A stretch of 49,459 nt of DNA, counting the filler, from Basidiobolus ranarum (taxonomy: Eukaryota), in NCBI GenBank assembly GCA_040143965.1. It is 2 parts of 2 records of this genome, joined end to end, with 100 filler letters (N's around TTAATTAATTAA, not from the genome) between each part and the next. Parts side by side here need not be neighbours in the genome. Positions count along the whole stretch, not along the records: positions 24,852 to 49,459 come from JASJQH010000149.1; 1 more part is not named here. One strand, written 5' to 3'. The translations under genes and the position numbers were made by a program. Shown here one piece after another: positions 47,943 to 49,459 of the stretch; within the stretch, counting starts at the first letter, position 1; the number at the start of each line of letters is the position of its first letter. The notes under the pieces were generated by a model, which worked only from the letters and a program-made list of their open reading frames with translations, was not told where the DNA came from and did no database searches.

Positions 47943-49459
47943 CTAATTGGTACGAATCTTCTTGGATTTTTCTTTTCTAGATGATCGGTTTCTCTTCTTC
48001 TCCGAATCACGCAATGCCTTTTGCTTTAGTTTACGAACTTCCTGTTTGGATCCGAAATTGTTGTCGTGGAGGTACATATTGGCCATCCGCTTAGCTGCCG
48101 ATACGTCATTGAGGATCTCAAGAACCTTAGTCTCCGATACCTTGTACTCCTCCAATTGTTTGTTAACTCGGGCTTCGATGTCATGTACAAGAGAGATATC
48201 CTTTTCGGTGACCAAAGATATAGCTCTACCACCACGACCAGCTCTGGCGGTACGACCGACACGATGGATATAGTCAGTTGGATCACGGGGAAGGTTGTAG
48301 TTGAGTACAAGTTGAACAGTAGGAATATCGAGACCACGAGAACCAACATCAGTCGCAATTAGAATAGGAACCACGCTACTACGGAATTTACCGAGACTGT
48401 TCAAACGTTCGTTTTGATTCATCATAGAATGAAGTCCTGTACAACGAATACCAAGCTCCACCAACATAGAACGAATGGTCTCGGCAGTTTGACAACGCCC
48501 AACAAAGATAATGGTACTTTTTCCCTTCAACTCCTCGGATTGTAATAAATGAACAAGATAGGCCTCACGGACGTAGGAAGGTAAGAAAACGTAGTTCTGG
48601 GTCAAAGTGGAAACGGTGGAAATTCTAGTATCACACTCATAGATGTGGGGATTCTTAACTAGACCATCCTCAGCCGTCTTCATCTTTAAGATATCTTCAG
48701 TCATAGTGGCAGTGTAGAGAAGTGTCTGTCTTTTCTTATTGATGTTTTCGAAAATGGTATCAAGGTCTGGCTTGAAGGTTGGGTCTAGTAAACGATCAGC
48801 CTCATCCATGACCAAGAACCGTAAACGCTTGAAATGGTTGGTATTTGCACTACTTAACATATGATCAGCTAATCTACCAGGTGTAGCGATCACAATGTGA
48901 GGTCTGCGAGCAAGTTGAAGAGCCTGGTGCATCATATCCATTCCACCAACACACACGCAAACCTTCAGATTGATACCTTTGCCTAGCACTTCAAACTGCT
49001 CTGATATTTGGAAAGCCAACTCTCTAGTAGGGGTCAGAACCAATCCGAAAACACCGTAAGGATCCTCTGACAATTTCTGAAGAATAGGAAGTGCAAATGC
49101 TGCGGTTTTACCCGAACCTGTTTTAGCACCACCAATGACATCTCTACCTAAAAGGCGAAGTAATAGCAAGATTAGTAAATACGACCATATACAATCTTTG
49201 ATTTTTAGTAGAAATATGTACCAGCAAGAATTTCGGATATGGTGGCACGTTGAATCTCTGTTGGAGAGGAAATAGACATAGCTCCTAACGCGCGGACTAA
49301 CCAGTTATCAATACCTAACGATTCGAAAGTTTCTTTTTGCTTTAACTCGGCAGGTATAAACTCCTCCTCTTCTTCTTCTTCTACTTCCTCGTCCTCTTCA
49401 CTGTCTTTAGTCTCGTCTTCTTCCTTTTTTTCCTTCTCCTCCTCTTGCTCTTCCTCTTC
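47943..49459 (-). CDS. DBP8: DEAD-box RNA helicase Dbp8/DDX49 (5' end outside the window; intron 49221-49148)
   Basis: Q motif FESLG..PTEIQ, AKTGSGKTAAF, LSEDPYG, PTRELA, DEAD, TAT, SRGLDIP, YIHRVGRTARAGR. Confidence 0.93.

Overview
Eukaryotic, intron-rich genomic DNA, most likely from an early-diverging (non-Dikarya) fungus. This is inferred from short GT-AG introns, an alpha-aminoadipate-pathway LYS9, a cobalamin-dependent MetH and a U12-type intron. Two compact gene blocks flank a ~9 kb gene-poor stretch. The left block holds ZFC3H1/Red1-like, TOE1-like, mitochondrial AspRS, eL42, D-2-hydroxyglutarate dehydrogenase, pyrophosphatase, a CaaX-ending orphan and GUT2. The right block holds LYS9, MetH, FHIT/HNT2, an F-box/LRR gene, Rab-GDI, a Ser/Thr-rich membrane protein and DBP8. 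The middle is mostly a nest of decayed Ty1/copia elements from about three LTR families and contains a 100-nt assembly gap. Best signals, none visible in the ORF track: (1) a FHIT gene whose PGH motif is assembled from a 5-nt microexon lying between a U2 intron and a minor-spliceosome (U12) intron; (2) a spliced orphan gene ending in CCIIL with a Mod5/TeaR-like motif; (3) Arg at the normally methylated Lys55 of eL42; (4) GUT2 lacking EF-hands but keeping the terminal ERSGGG tail; (5) a half-tRNA-type copia primer binding site. I found no clear multi-gene novel system. All exon models were read by hand and need RNA-seq confirmation.
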